From contig OZ244951.1 of assembly GCA_965222315.1 (NCBI GenBank), positions 4,550,146 through 4,614,145 on the forward strand: a stretch of 64,000 bases of DNA, read 5' to 3'. Below, piece by piece: positions 50,325 to 61,093 of this stretch (within the stretch, counting starts at the first letter, position 1; each line of letters begins with the position of its first letter). A program made the translations under genes and the position numbers. A model generated the notes under the pieces. It searched no databases, was not told where the DNA came from, and saw nothing but the letters and a program-made list of their open reading frames with translations. The DNA is from Alphaproteobacteria bacterium (GTDB taxonomy: Bacteria > Pseudomonadota > Alphaproteobacteria > Bin95).

Positions 50325-51806
50325 ATGAAGCTCAATTGGTTGCTGATCATCGCCCTGCTTTGTACCGGTGCAATCGCTGTCTGGGGAATCGTGGACAATC
50401 AGGGGCTGGCTGAAAAGGCGGCCGAGGTTGTCTCCATCCAATTTGCAGCCCGTGGCTGGTTCATCATGATTAACGCCACATTCATGCTGCTTGTTAGCCT
50501 TTATCTGGTCTTTTCCAAATATGGGAAAATCAAGCTGGGCGGCGAATTCGACCAGCCGGAATTCTCCACGATATCCTGGCTGACGATGCTGTTCGCCGCG
50601 GGTATGGGGGTCGGGCTGCTGTTCTATGCAGCGGCCGAACCGCTGACCCATTACCGGTTCTTCGAAGACAAGGCAGCCCGGCAATCAGCCGGCGACGCTC
50701 TGTTCGTCACCAATTTCCACTGGGGCCTGCATGCCTGGGCCATCTATGCGTTAACGGGCCTCGTGATCGCCTATTTCAGCTTCCGGAAAAATTTACCTAC
50801 CCTGATCGGCGCAGCGATTCCGGCGGTGCTGGGGGACAACACGCTCACAAGGTCGGTTGCCTGGCTCTGCAACCTGCTCGCCATCGTCGCCATCGCCATC
50901 GGGCTTGCCGGGTCGGTGGCGCTAGGCGTGTTCCAGGTACAGCAGGGCGTAAACCAGATTGCTGGCTGGGAGACTTCCGGCATGGAAGTTTCTATCGCCA
51001 TCTTCGCTGCGCTCTGCGTGTCCTTCACGCTGCCGCTGCTGGTGGATCTCGGCAAGGGCATGGCCCTCCTCTCCAACATCGCGATGGGAATTGCGGTGGT
51101 GCTGATGCTGTTCGTGCTGCTGACCGGCCCAACCAGCTACCTGATGGGCGTCACGTTCCAGTCCGTCGGCGAATATTTCGCCGGCGTGGTGCCACACGGC
51201 TTCCGCACCTTCACGTTTTTGGATGAGTCGGTGAACAACTGGTTCCAGGACTGGACCCTCAACTACATGGTCTGGTGGCTGGCCTGGGCACCCTTCGTCG
51301 GCGTGTTCATCGCCCGGATTTCCCGGGGCCGGACGATCCGGGAATACCTGATCGGCGTCATTCTGGTGCCAACGCTGTTTTCGATCTTTTGGTTCGGCAT
51401 CTTTGGCGGCATCGGCTTTTTCACGGTGCTGCGAACCGATATCCCGCTGTTGGAGTTGGTAGGGACGAACGTTGATGCCGTGACGTTTTTCGTGCTCCAG
51501 CAGCTTCCGTTGACGACCCTCTCGACCGCTCTGGTGGTGATCGCCGCGTTTCTTTTCGTCGTCACCAGCGTGGTCAGCGCTGCCTTCGTCCTGGCCATGT
51601 TCTCGACCAACGGCAACCTGGAGCCGGCGGTCAAGGTCAAGCTGAGTTGGGGGGCGGTGCTGGCTGCCCTCGGCCTGGTGATGATCCTCTCCGGCAGCGT
51701 CTCATCGGTCCGCTCAATCATCGCGGTCGGCGCACTGCCATTCGTCTTCATCACCTTGCTGTTGGTGGTCTGTCTCCTGAAATCGCTGAAGCAGGAGGAT
51801 CTATAG
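50325..51806 (+). CDS. BCCT family transporter
   Basis: SWLTMLFAAGMGVGLLF, FHWGLHAWAIY, WWLAWAPFVGVFIARISRGRTIRE. Confidence 0.94.
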   Translation: MKLNWLLIIALLCTGAIAVWGIVDNQGLAEKAAEVVSIQFAARGWFIMINATFMLLVSLYLVFSKYGKIKLGGEFDQPEFSTISWLTMLFAAGMGVGLLFYAAAEPLTHYRFFEDKAARQSAGDALFVTNFHWGLHAWAIYALTGLVIAYFSFRKNLPTLIGAAIPAVLGDNTLTRSVAWLCNLLAIVAIAIGLAGSVALGVFQVQQGVNQIAGWETSGMEVSIAIFAALCVSFTLPLLVDLGKGMALLSNIAMGIAVVLMLFVLLTGPTSYLMGVTFQSVGEYFAGVVPHGFRTFTFLDESVNNWFQDWTLNYMVWWLAWAPFVGVFIARISRGRTIREYLIGVILVPTLFSIFWFGIFGGIGFFTVLRTDIPLLELVGTNVDAVTFFVLQQLPLTTLSTALVVIAAFLFVVTSVVSAAFVLAMFSTNGNLEPAVKVKLSWGAVLAALGLVMILSGSVSSVRSIIAVGALPFVFITLLLVVCLLKSLKQEDL

Positions 51807-52042
51807 ATGGAAAGCTCGCCCGGCGAAGTGCTGATGAACCTGGAGATGCTGGGATTCATAGGCCTGTTGATCTGGCTCTACCTAAAATGAGGTAGTGCGC
51901 CTGACGATGGAGGGAAGGAAACCGGCGATGCCAGCTTTGGACAACAATTTCCCTTTGTCACCGGTGCCGCCATGCCAGCCGACCGTGATTATGCGGCGCG
52001 ATGAAGCTACTATGGTGAATCAATTGAAGGCCGAAGCACAGC

Positions 52043-52181
52043 CTCGCCCGGCATCACGGCGTGGGCGTGGAAAATGCCTTCTACGGCTGGAGCGATTCCT
52101 GGCTGGCAGAGGGCTTCCGCCCATGGGACTATCGATGCGCTTCGCCACATCCGCGTGCCCTTGCTGATGCTGCGGGGCCTG
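52043..52181 (+). pseudogene. Frameshifted remnant of an alpha/beta-hydrolase gene
   Basis: LARHHGVGVENAFYGWSDSWLAEGFRPW in one frame continues as IDALRHIRVPLLMLRG in another, resembling the cap/beta7 region of a common alpha/beta hydrolase. No intact ORF. Confidence 0.55.
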
Positions 52182-52281
52182 GCGGCCCCCAACACGTCAA
52201 GCCAAGGCAGTTCGAAGACACGCCGCCGCAGGATGAAGGCAGAGCCCGGAGTGCTTCCAACAAGCCGGGCCTAATAGTCGC

Positions 52282-53448
52282 CTAGCTTAATATCCGCTGC
52301 ACGCGTTCACAGGCGCTCTCGATTTCTTCGACGCTGGCAGCATAGCTGAAGCGGATGAAGCCTTCGCCCATGGCGCCGAAACTGGTGCCGGCAACGGTGG
52401 CGACACCGGCTTCGTCCAGCATCTTGTTCTGAAGTTCTTTCGCGCTCATGCCCGTGCCCTCGATGTTCGGGAAAGCGTAAAAGGCGCCGCCCGGCTCGAC
52501 ACAACGGAATCCGGGAATCTGGTTCAGGGCGCGGACGATGACGCGGCGGCGGTTGTCGAAAGCGGCGCACATCTCGTCCACCGCGTCCTGCGGGCCCTGC
52601 AGCGCGGCGATGCCGGCGAACTGGGTCGGGGCGTTAACGCAGGAGTGGTTGTTCACCGCCAGGCGCTCGGCATAGTAGAACAGGTCCTTCGGCCAGACGC
52701 TGTAGCCGAGCCGCCAGCCGGTCATGGCGTAGGTCTTGGACCAGCCATCCAGCAGGATCACCCGGTCGCGGATTTCCGGGTAGCTGAGCAGGGTCACGTG
52801 CTCGCGGCCGTCGTAGAGGATGCGGGCGTAGATCTCGTCCGCCAGGATGACCACGTCCGGCCATTTCTCCAGGCCTGCCACCAGCTTGTCGAACTCCGCC
52901 TTGGGGACGACGCCCCCGGTGGGATTGGCGGGCGAGTTCAGGATCATCAGGCGCGTCGCCGGCGTAATCTGGTCCAGCACCTCGTCGGCGGAGAAGGCGA
53001 AGCCGTTCTCTTCCGCCAGGCGCATGGGCACCGGTTTCGCGCCGGTATAGCGGATCATGGACTCGTAGATCGGGAAGCCCGGGTTCGGATAGATGATCTC
53101 CGCCCCCGGTTCGCCGAACATCATGATGGCGAAGAACATGGTGGGCTTGCCGCCCGGCATGATCATGACCTGGCCAGGATCGATTTCCACGTTCCGGTAT
53201 TTGGCAATGTCGGCGGCAACCGCCTCCCGCAGGGCCGAGATGCCGTTGGCGGGCGTGTAGCCGTGGTGGCCGTCGCGCATGGCCTTGATCGCGGCCTCGA
53301 CAATGTGCGGCGGAGTTTTGAAGTCCGGCTGGCCGATGCCGAGATTGATGATATCCTTGCCCTGGGCTGCCAGTTGTCCGGCGCGGGCGAGGACCTCAAA
53401 GGCGGTTTCGGTGCCGAGGACGGAAAGGTTGGCGGCGAGCTTGGCCAC
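52282..53448 (-). CDS. PLP-dependent class I/II aminotransferase
   Basis: NLGIGQPDF, LNSPANPTG, ADEIY, DGWSKTYAMTGWRLG. Confidence 0.95.
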   Translation of the reverse strand: MAKLAANLSVLGTETAFEVLARAGQLAAQGKDIINLGIGQPDFKTPPHIVEAAIKAMRDGHHGYTPANGISALREAVAADIAKYRNVEIDPGQVMIMPGGKPTMFFAIMMFGEPGAEIIYPNPGFPIYESMIRYTGAKPVPMRLAEENGFAFSADEVLDQITPATRLMILNSPANPTGGVVPKAEFDKLVAGLEKWPDVVILADEIYARILYDGREHVTLLSYPEIRDRVILLDGWSKTYAMTGWRLGYSVWPKDLFYYAERLAVNNHSCVNAPTQFAGIAALQGPQDAVDEMCAAFDNRRRVIVRALNQIPGFRCVEPGGAFYAFPNIEGTGMSAKELQNKMLDEAGVATVAGTSFGAMGEGFIRFSYAASVEEIESACERVQRILS

Positions 53449-53569
53449 GGGCGGTGTTCCTTAACAATGTTCGATTGGCTGTTGGGCGCACGATCCATAG
53501 GGCGGCGGCCAAGTCAAGTGCTGGCGCGAACATATCGTCCGCCCTATCCGCGAAGGCGCGGGGACAGCG

Positions 53570-54640
53570 CTAGCTGGTGCCATCACGGGCAACCGCCTTT
53601 TCCTTACCCTCGGCGCGGGTCTGGCGGGCTTCTTCCCTGTCGCCGTTTTCGGGATCGAGACTGTCCTGGCGTTCCGGCCCGGTTTCTTCCCGGCAAAGCT
53701 CCACCAGCACAGGGAAATGATCGGAGCCGATATCCTGGCAAACCTTGAGACGGCGGATCGTAAAGTGGGCCGTATGAAATATATGGTCGAGCGGCCACCG
53801 GAGGCCCGGCGTCTGGACCGGAAACGTTGCAAAGACGCCGCGGCCCCGGCGCGGGTCAAGGAGGCCGGTCGTGCGCATCAGCAGCCCCGTCGTCGGCGAC
53901 CAGGCAACATCGTTGAGGTCACCGGCCACTACCGCCGGCAGCCCGCTATCGCTCGCCTCGCGCCCGGCTAGGAGCAGCTCGGCATCGCGTGGCGCCGTAT
54001 GCTTGAAATTGGGCACGGGCGGTTGCGGGTGAATGCCCAGGAACAGAAAGGGTTCGCCATCGGCAAGCCGCAGACGGGCATAGATCGATGGAACCTCCGG
54101 CTCCAACAGAAAGCGCAGTTTCGCCTCTTCGACGGCCAGGTTCGTGAAGAAATGAAGGCCGTAGCCGTTTTCCTGCGGATAGCGCAGTTCGGTCGTGTAT
54201 TTGTCAGCCAGGCACTGAAGCGCCTCGTCCCACCATGCGTCGGTCTCGACTAGCAGCAAAATATCGGGCTCGACCGCATTCGCCAGCTGCACGAGAGGCT
54301 CCGCATCGCGCGTGCCGATGCGCACATTCGCAACCAGCAGACGGAGCGGCGTAACATCCCCCCGCGCATCCGCTACATGCCGCGACGCGAACGGCATAAA
54401 CGGCCAGATCCAAGTCGCCTGATAGACCAACGCGGCGAAGGTTGCGCCAGTCAGTCCCCAGAGAAGGGGGCCGAACGGCTGCGCAAATGCCAGCAGACAA
54501 ACGAGACTTATCAGCAGCCCGCCGGCGACTTGCAGGCGCGGATAGTCGAGCACGCGCACCCACCACCAGCCTACCGGCAGCAACGGCAATGTCGTCGCCA
54601 GCAAGAACAGGATAGTGAAACCGATGAGAACCACGATCAA
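53570..54640 (-). CDS. Endonuclease/exonuclease/phosphatase family membrane protein
   Basis: N-terminal TMs with WWVRVLDYPRLQ, ANV, VAGDLNDVAWS, DPRRGRG..TF, PLDHIF, GSDHFP. Confidence 0.9.
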   Translation of the reverse strand: MIVVLIGFTILFLLATTLPLLPVGWWWVRVLDYPRLQVAGGLLISLVCLLAFAQPFGPLLWGLTGATFAALVYQATWIWPFMPFASRHVADARGDVTPLRLLVANVRIGTRDAEPLVQLANAVEPDILLLVETDAWWDEALQCLADKYTTELRYPQENGYGLHFFTNLAVEEAKLRFLLEPEVPSIYARLRLADGEPFLFLGIHPQPPVPNFKHTAPRDAELLLAGREASDSGLPAVVAGDLNDVAWSPTTGLLMRTTGLLDPRRGRGVFATFPVQTPGLRWPLDHIFHTAHFTIRRLKVCQDIGSDHFPVLVELCREETGPERQDSLDPENGDREEARQTRAEGKEKAVARDGTS

Positions 54641-55205
54641 CGGGTGCTCTCCAGCGGGGGTGTCATGCTGCCGATCACACCACTCCCAGATCAGCAAAGG
54701 CTGCTGCGAATGCCTTCATTTGCGGGTTATGGCGGACGCCCGTAACGACATTGATCTGTTTCACTACTGCATCGCCCTGATCGCAACCTCGATTATGGGT
54801 GTTCCGGTTTCGAGATGCGACTGGCCAAAGCCGAGAATGCAAGTGTCCTTGCGCTGGACTGCCAGCTTGCCGGGTACGGGCAGGTGGACGGCAAACTTGA
54901 CCACGGGCGGCATTCCTCAAGAAACGGGAACTCCTGTTCTGGCCGCACACGCCACACGGACGGCGGAGTGTCAAGGAGCAACCCTCCGCAAGCCGTATGC
55001 CGGAGACAAAATGGGTGCGAGATTATGCCTAAAGCGCTGTGGCTCGAAGAGTGCCGCGTACCGGGTCAGTGGGATAGCGAGCGAGCCTGTGGTCTGCGGG
55101 GTACTTGAGGTGTGTCCGCAATGGCTCCGCCGCCACTTCCCCCGTCTTCAAGGCCCCAATCCTTACTGAATTGTCCGCGCTGGGCTTGCCGGCACCGGCG
55201 GCCCC

Positions 55206-55928
55206 CTACGCCGCCGCTTGTTCGCGGGCGTCCGGCGCGGCGGCTTGTTCCGGCGCAGGATCGCGCAGCACATAGCCCCGGCCCCACACGGTTTCGATGT
55301 AGTTGCTGCCGCCGGTCGCGTTGTTCAGCTTCTTGCGGAGCTTGCAGATGAAAACATCGATGATCTTCACTTCCGGCTCGTCGATGCCGCCATAGAGATG
55401 GTTCAGGAACATTTCCTTGGTCAGGGTCGTTCCCTTGCGGATCGAGAGCAGCTCCAGGATCTGGTACTCCTTACCGGTCAGATGGAGCATCTGCTCATCA
55501 ACTTCCGCCGTACGGCTGTCGAGGTTGACCGCCAGGCGACCGGTACGGATCACCGACTCGGCGTGGCCCCGGGCCCGGCGGATAATGGCATGCACGCGCG
55601 CCACCAGTTCGCGCCGGTCGAACGGCTTGGTCAGGTAGTCGTCCGCGCCGATGCCGAAGCCTTTGATCTTGCTATCGGGTTCTGCCAGCCCGGAGAGGAT
55701 CAGGGTCGGCGTCTCCACCTTGGCACCCCGCAGACGCCGCAAGACCTCGTAGCCGTCGATATCGGGCAGGAGAATGTCGAGAACGATTAAATCGTAGTCG
55801 TAAAGTTTCCCGATTTCCAAGCCGTCTTCGCCCAGATCGGTTGTATCGCAAATAAAGCCTTCGGCTTTCAGGATCGCTTCGACCGTGCGGGCCGTTGCGC
55901 TATCGTCTTCAACAATCAGTACTCTCAT
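55206..55928 (-). CDS. ctrA: Cell-cycle response regulator CtrA
   Basis: [73 protein letters not shown]. Confidence 0.96.
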   Translation of the reverse strand: MRVLIVEDDSATARTVEAILKAEGFICDTTDLGEDGLEIGKLYDYDLIVLDILLPDIDGYEVLRRLRGAKVETPTLILSGLAEPDSKIKGFGIGADDYLTKPFDRRELVARVHAIIRRARGHAESVIRTGRLAVNLDSRTAEVDEQMLHLTGKEYQILELLSIRKGTTLTKEMFLNHLYGGIDEPEVKIIDVFICKLRKKLNNATGGSNYIETVWGRGYVLRDPAPEQAAAPDAREQAAA

Positions 55929-55992
55929 GGTCTGAACCTCGATCTAAGTCGGGTAGTGGCTTGGTTTCAATTCTCACCTTATGGTCCAAAAG

Positions 55993-56014
55993 TTAACAAC
56001 TATTAAATTTTTAA
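55993..56014. promoter_or_regulatory. CtrA-box-like TTAA cluster in the ctrA promoter
   Basis: TTAA-CAACTA-TTAA (6-nt spacer, consensus is 7) plus a third TTAA in the AT-rich upstream region. Confidence 0.45.
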
Positions 56015-56081
56015 TCGTATTTGTTCCGATTTTGTACTATTTTTTTCTTCTTGTGATTCGCGTTCCTGCAAAAATCGCCTG

Positions 56082-56375
56082 CTATGCCTCCGAGTTGCTC
56101 CTGTATTGGTTAACACGGGTGGTGCGCAGTCCCAGCATCCCATGGGTTTCCACGAGCCGCTTCCAGGACGTAACTTCTTCCTCGCTCAGGCCGTAACGGG
56201 CACAGGCATCCTCCAGGCTCAGCAGGCCGCCACGGATCGCGGCCACGACCTCCGCCTTCCGCCGAATGACCCACCGCCGGGTGTCCGGCGGCGGCAGTGT
56301 TTCGAGGGTCAGTTCTTCACCGCTTGGCCCGATAACGCGTTTGGCAGGGCGGTTCTCTGGAACGGTATTGGTCAT
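56082..56375 (-). CDS. sciP: CtrA inhibitor SciP (DUF1153)
   Basis: LPPPDTRRWVIRRKAEVVAAIRGGLLSLEDACARYGLS.EE..SW, GLRTTR. Confidence 0.93.
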   Translation of the reverse strand: MTNTVPENRPAKRVIGPSGEELTLETLPPPDTRRWVIRRKAEVVAAIRGGLLSLEDACARYGLSEEEVTSWKRLVETHGMLGLRTTRVNQYRSNSEA

Positions 56376-56641
56376 TGCGGTCCTATCATGGCCAAGTTGC
56401 GGCGCTTCGTACGCATAGGTGGCGCGACCCTAGCCCACAAACCTTTCCGATCGCCTAATCCTCCGGGCATTTTTCGCCCTGTTTCCAGTCTGTTGCATCC
56501 GCAAACAGGCAATACCACCAGCCCGTAGCCCAAGAAAAAATCGGGCGGCCCATGCGTCTAAAGTTGCAAACGGGAATTGACCAGCGGTCCCAAAAAATGT
56601 ATCAGCACGCCAAATCGCTCTGGTCGGCTTGTGGAGGCCAC

Positions 56642-57058
56642 ATGAAAGTCGTCTTGCCGCCGGACTACCGTCCGTCCGAGACAGAAGAGTTCATGAACCC
56701 GCTCCAGTTGGAGTATTTTCGGCAAAAGCTACTCGACTGGCGTGCTCAGCTCATTGATGAGTCGGAAGGCACGCTGAATCACCTGCAAGAAGAAAGCCTG
56801 GTCGAAGCCGACTGGACCGACCGGGCATCCGCGGAAACCGATGTCGCATTGGAGTTGCGGACACGCGACCGCGCGCGCAAACTCATCGTTAAGATCGAAG
56901 AAGCGCTGGTCCGGGTGGAGGACGGCTCCTATGGCTATTGCGAGGATACGGAAGAGCCTATCAGCCTGCGCCGTCTCGAAGCCCGCCCAATCGCAACCCT
57001 GAGCCTCGAAGCACAGGAACGGCACGAACGCATGGAACGCAGCCACCGCAACGATTAG
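56642..57058 (+). CDS. dksA: RNA polymerase-binding factor DksA
   Basis: YRPSETEEFMNPLQLEYFRQKL, DWTDRAS, LELRTRDR, YGYCEDTEEPISLRRLEARP. Confidence 0.95.
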   Translation: MKVVLPPDYRPSETEEFMNPLQLEYFRQKLLDWRAQLIDESEGTLNHLQEESLVEADWTDRASAETDVALELRTRDRARKLIVKIEEALVRVEDGSYGYCEDTEEPISLRRLEARPIATLSLEAQERHERMERSHRND

Positions 57059-57167
57059 CGGCGGCTCAGCCCCTCAGCGGCACAAAAGAATGCCGCGGCG
57101 TTAACGAAATATCAGCTTGGCGTCAGCAACCAAGACGTGCACCCTGCACGTTAAGAGGGAGAGCCCT

Positions 57168-58871
57168 ATGGGTTTGCTGGTTGACAAGTGGAACCGGCCG
57201 CTGTGGCCGGAGAATGGCCCCAGACTGCCAGGCCTGAGCCAAGCCTTTACCGTCATGGCAGCCAGCATGCTGTCGCTTTGGCGCAAGGACCGCGGGGACG
57301 GCAGCGCCCCTGGCGAGCCTGCCGCCAGCGTTTCCCAGCCGCCGCCCGGACCGATGCCACCGGAAGAAGCGCCGCCCGATAGCGGAGACTGGCGGCGCCG
57401 GGTTTTCGACGACGGCCCCATCGGCATTGCCATCCTGGACCCGGCCGACCGGCTGCTGGAGAGCAACGCAGCATTCCATGCGCTGGTCGGGAAAACGCGC
57501 GCTGCGCCGGGCCAGGCGCTGGAATCCCTTCTGAAACCCGCTGGCGATGAAAGTCTGGATGCGTTGCTGGCAACCGACAACGCGACGCTAATCGATGTGC
57601 TGATCCCGCCGCCGGACGGACAGGCGGAGGAGCGGAGCGGCAACCTCTACGCCGCACCGCTCACCGGCGGCACCAGGGTGATCCATCTGATCGACACGAC
57701 CCAGCAGAAAAAGCTGGAGATCCAGTTCACCCAATCGCAGAAGATGCTGGCGGTGGGCACGCTGGCAGGTGGGATTGCCCATGATTTCAACAATCTGCTG
57801 ACGGCGATGAACGGCTTTTGCGACCTGCTCCTGCAGCGTCACCAGCCGGGCGACCCGTCATTCGCGGACATCATGCAGGTCAAGCAGAATGCCAACCGCG
57901 CCGCCAATCTGGTCCGCCAGCTATTGGCCTTCTCGCGCCAGCAGACCCTGCAACCGCAGGTGCTCAACCTGGCCGATGTCATCTCCGACCTGTCGAACCT
58001 GTTGCGTCGGCTGCTGGGCGCCGGGATCGAATTGGAGGTGGAGCACAGCCGCGAGACCGGCCTTATCCGGGTGGACCCTGGGCAATTGGAACAGGTGCTG
58101 ATCAACCTGGCGGTCAACGCCCGGGACGCGATGATAGGCGAGGGCGTACTGACCATCCGCACGCGCACGATCGGCCCGGACCTGGCCGGCGAGCCGGTGC
58201 GGCGGCCGCCGCTTCCCGCCGCCGACTGGGTGGTGATCGAAGTGACGGACACCGGTGGCGGCATCCCCGCGAACCTGATCGACCGTATCTTTGAGCCCTT
58301 CTTCACAACCAAGCCTATCGGCGAAGGCACGGGCCTGGGCCTCTCCACCGTCTATGGCATCGTCAAGCAGACCGGCGGCTACATCTTCGCCGACAATGTG
58401 CCGGGCCAGGGCGCGCGCTTCAGCGTCTACCTGCCGGTGCACCAGGGCGATGCGAAGGCGGAGGGCGCGGACGGCACAACCGCGCTCGCCACAGACCTAA
58501 CCGGGGCGGGCACCATCCTTCTGGTGGAGGACGAAGATCCTGTGCGCCTATTCGCTTCCCGCGCCCTCCGCAGCAAGGGCTACCGCGTGCTGGAGGCGCG
58601 CACCGGCCTTGCCGCACTCTCCCTGCTGGACGATGCGGAAGAGCAGGTGGACCTGATCGTTACCGATGTTGTCATGCCGGAGATGGACGGACCCGCCTTG
58701 ATCGAGCGGGTGAGAGCAGACCGGCCGGGCATGCGGATTATCTGTATCAGCGGTTACGCCGAGGGGTCCTTCCGGGAGAAGCTCGGGTCGTTCCGCAACA
58801 TCCACTTCCTGCCCAAGCCCTTTACCCTCAGCCAGTTGGCGGAGCGGGTGAAGGAGGTGTTGGGGGAGTGA
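57168..58871 (+). CDS. cckA: CckA-like hybrid histidine kinase (PAS-HisKA-HATPase-REC)
   Basis: [74 protein letters not shown]. Start codon uncertain. Confidence 0.85.
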   Translation: MGLLVDKWNRPLWPENGPRLPGLSQAFTVMAASMLSLWRKDRGDGSAPGEPAASVSQPPPGPMPPEEAPPDSGDWRRRVFDDGPIGIAILDPADRLLESNAAFHALVGKTRAAPGQALESLLKPAGDESLDALLATDNATLIDVLIPPPDGQAEERSGNLYAAPLTGGTRVIHLIDTTQQKKLEIQFTQSQKMLAVGTLAGGIAHDFNNLLTAMNGFCDLLLQRHQPGDPSFADIMQVKQNANRAANLVRQLLAFSRQQTLQPQVLNLADVISDLSNLLRRLLGAGIELEVEHSRETGLIRVDPGQLEQVLINLAVNARDAMIGEGVLTIRTRTIGPDLAGEPVRRPPLPAADWVVIEVTDTGGGIPANLIDRIFEPFFTTKPIGEGTGLGLSTVYGIVKQTGGYIFADNVPGQGARFSVYLPVHQGDAKAEGADGTTALATDLTGAGTILLVEDEDPVRLFASRALRSKGYRVLEARTGLAALSLLDDAEEQVDLIVTDVVMPEMDGPALIERVRADRPGMRIICISGYAEGSFREKLGSFRNIHFLPKPFTLSQLAERVKEVLGE

Positions 58872-58982
58872 TCCTATTTTCGGGGGCGGAGGTGGAGCGG
58901 TTTGCCCAGGCAATGTCGTCTCAACGCAAGCGCCGTTCACGGGAACAGCGCGGCACTTAAATACGGCAGCAGTTCGATATAG

Positions 58983-59744
58983 CTAGGCGGCCATGGTGGC
59001 AGTTGCGCCGGGCGGGCGGTCGTGTGCGCCGGTGACGGGTTGCGCGGCTGCGGTTTCGCCGCCGCTCATCACCGTAGCCAGGAAACGGTCGACCCAGACG
59101 TCGATGATAGGGTCGAGGAGCGGATATTCGGCCAGCTGGTCTTCCCGCTGTTGGGCGCCGGGCATGTGCAGCATGTGCCCGCCGCCGACGCTCCAGCGCT
59201 GCATGATTTCCGGGGTTACTTCCGGGTGGAATTGTACCCCGTAAGCCTTGCCGAACCGGAATGCCTGCTGCGGGAAATGCTCGTTGGTAGCCAGCAGTTC
59301 AGCCCCGCGCGGCAGGTCGAAGCCGTCCCGGTGCCACTGGAACATTTTCATCGGGCCGTCGAACAGATCGCGCCCGGCCTCCGTCGGGAAGATGGGTGTG
59401 TAACCGATTTCAACCCGGCCTTCCGGGTGCGGCCAGACCCGCGCGCCCAGAAACCGGGCCAGCATCTGCGCGCCGAGGCAGATACCCGCGAACGGCTTGT
59501 CGGCCTCAAAGATCCTGGGCATCCAATCCAATTCCCGGCGGATGGCCGGTATATGGCAGTCCAGCGCGCACATAGGCCCGCCGAACATGAAGACGGCGGC
59601 GTAATTCTCTAGGTTCTCCGGCAGCGCCTGTCCGATGTTCGGGCACCGGATGTCGAGCGGATAGCCCTGGGCCATCAGCTTCTGCGCCACGCGGCCCGGA
59701 TAGGAGCCGCGCTGGTGAACCACCATGAGGATGGGAGCCTGCAT
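58983..59744 (-). CDS. Class I glutamine amidotransferase-like protein
   Basis: FGGPM, GICLGAQML, FQWHRDGF, GVQFHPE. Confidence 0.9.
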   Translation of the reverse strand: MQAPILMVVHQRGSYPGRVAQKLMAQGYPLDIRCPNIGQALPENLENYAAVFMFGGPMCALDCHIPAIRRELDWMPRIFEADKPFAGICLGAQMLARFLGARVWPHPEGRVEIGYTPIFPTEAGRDLFDGPMKMFQWHRDGFDLPRGAELLATNEHFPQQAFRFGKAYGVQFHPEVTPEIMQRWSVGGGHMLHMPGAQQREDQLAEYPLLDPIIDVWVDRFLATVMSGGETAAAQPVTGAHDRPPGATATMAA

Positions 59745-59828
59745 AGCTACAGCATATGATGCGAACCGCTAGCAAATCAATGCCATGTTGCGCTGCACCT
59801 AACAAACCAGTTGCCGCAGCCCGGTTTG

Positions 59829-60164
59829 TCAGAAGCGGAAAAGCGGTACCGGGTCAACGGCGCCCGGGCTAACACCGCCCTGCTCGCGGTCACGCTCCCG
59901 CGTCCGCCATTTTGCCGGGTCGTCATAATCGTAGGGTTTGAAGCGCGGATCGAATAGCGGGTCGGCAGCGGATTTGCGCCGGAAATCGTTCCCGCTCGGC
60001 GGTGGCGGTGGGCGGAACTGTTGCTGGTCCTTGTAGACTTCGCTCTGCATCGTGTCGTTGTACTTCGGCTCGAACAGGCCCGCGCCGCCACTGACCTGGG
60101 CCGCCGCCGCGACCGCCAAGCCCCATGCCAGCAGGGCGGCCAGCGTAAATCTGGGAACGACCAT
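59829..60164 (-). CDS. Hypothetical secreted Pro-rich protein
   Basis: Signal-like MVVPRFTLAALLAWGLAVAAAAQ followed by a hydrophilic, low-complexity mature part. Confidence 0.55.
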   Translation of the reverse strand: MVVPRFTLAALLAWGLAVAAAAQVSGGAGLFEPKYNDTMQSEVYKDQQQFRPPPPPSGNDFRRKSAADPLFDPRFKPYDYDDPAKWRTRERDREQGGVSPGAVDPVPLFRF

Positions 60165-60187
60165 CCCGAACGGTAGAGCCGCGGCTG

Positions 60188-60985
60188 TCATTTTCCGGCC
60201 TCTTCCTGCCAGGAAAGCGTGCCGAACCAGTACTCGTGGGTAGAGCTCAGCCATTTGTCGGCCTGACGCGCGGTAACCCAGGCGTTCAGAAAATTCAGCC
60301 AGTTTTGCTCGCCGATTTTCACGGCGAAACCGGCCGACGACGAAATCAGCGGCTTCCCGAGGGGCAAATCCACCGCCTCCGGGTGGATCAAGGACAGAAA
60401 CCGCGCCTCCGGCACGCTAGCGACAAAGGCAACAGCCGTGCCGTCAACAACGGCCTCTTCAGCCTCGGTAGCGCTGGCTACGACCATCAAGTCGGACTCG
60501 CCGAACACCCGGGAGGCAACATCATGGGCCAATGTGCCAGATACGGTGACGATGGTCATTCCGGGCTGGTTCAGCGCCTCCAGAGAGTCGATGTCCTTGG
60601 TTGCCTCGATATTCGCTGCCAGCGTCACGCCTGACTCGAAATAGGGATTGGAGAATGCCACCTGCAGCGCGCGTTGGGGCGTGATCGCCATCCCGGCGGC
60701 GATCATATCGATCTCGCCCTTTTGCAAGGCAGCGATGATCTTGTCCCATTCGTAGACGCGGAATTCGGCTTTGACGCCCATATCGGAAGCGATCTTCTCA
60801 CCGACGTCCACCTCAAAACCCAGCAGTTCGCCATCCGGTTTGACCACCGTCCATGGGACAAAAGCCGATACGCCGATCTTGACGCTGCCGCGCGCCATGA
60901 TGTCGGACAACACGTCCGCGAGCGCGCTGGCGGGCACCAGCCAGGCTGTCAGGCATAGCGCGAACAAGAATTTGGTGGCCGGCAT
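60188..60985 (-). CDS. Amino-acid ABC transporter substrate-binding protein (family 3)
   Basis: Signal peptide, GFEVDVG, GEIDMIAAGMAITPQRA..VAFSNPY. Confidence 0.9.
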   Translation of the reverse strand: MPATKFLFALCLTAWLVPASALADVLSDIMARGSVKIGVSAFVPWTVVKPDGELLGFEVDVGEKIASDMGVKAEFRVYEWDKIIAALQKGEIDMIAAGMAITPQRALQVAFSNPYFESGVTLAANIEATKDIDSLEALNQPGMTIVTVSGTLAHDVASRVFGESDLMVVASATEAEEAVVDGTAVAFVASVPEARFLSLIHPEAVDLPLGKPLISSSAGFAVKIGEQNWLNFLNAWVTARQADKWLSSTHEYWFGTLSWQEEAGK

Positions 60986-61093
60986 CGAATTGTTTCCAGC
61001 ATTGACACACGATAAGGGTAGTCCTGATTAACGACCGCCCGTCCGAAAGGTCAACCGGCAGTCCAAAACCGGCTGGCAAGGAATGAAAGATCG

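Noticed and set aside
54700-55200. Short ORFs or ncRNA in the roughly 500-nt gap below ctrA
   Set aside because: No RBS-supported ORF, family motif or stable structure that I can support.
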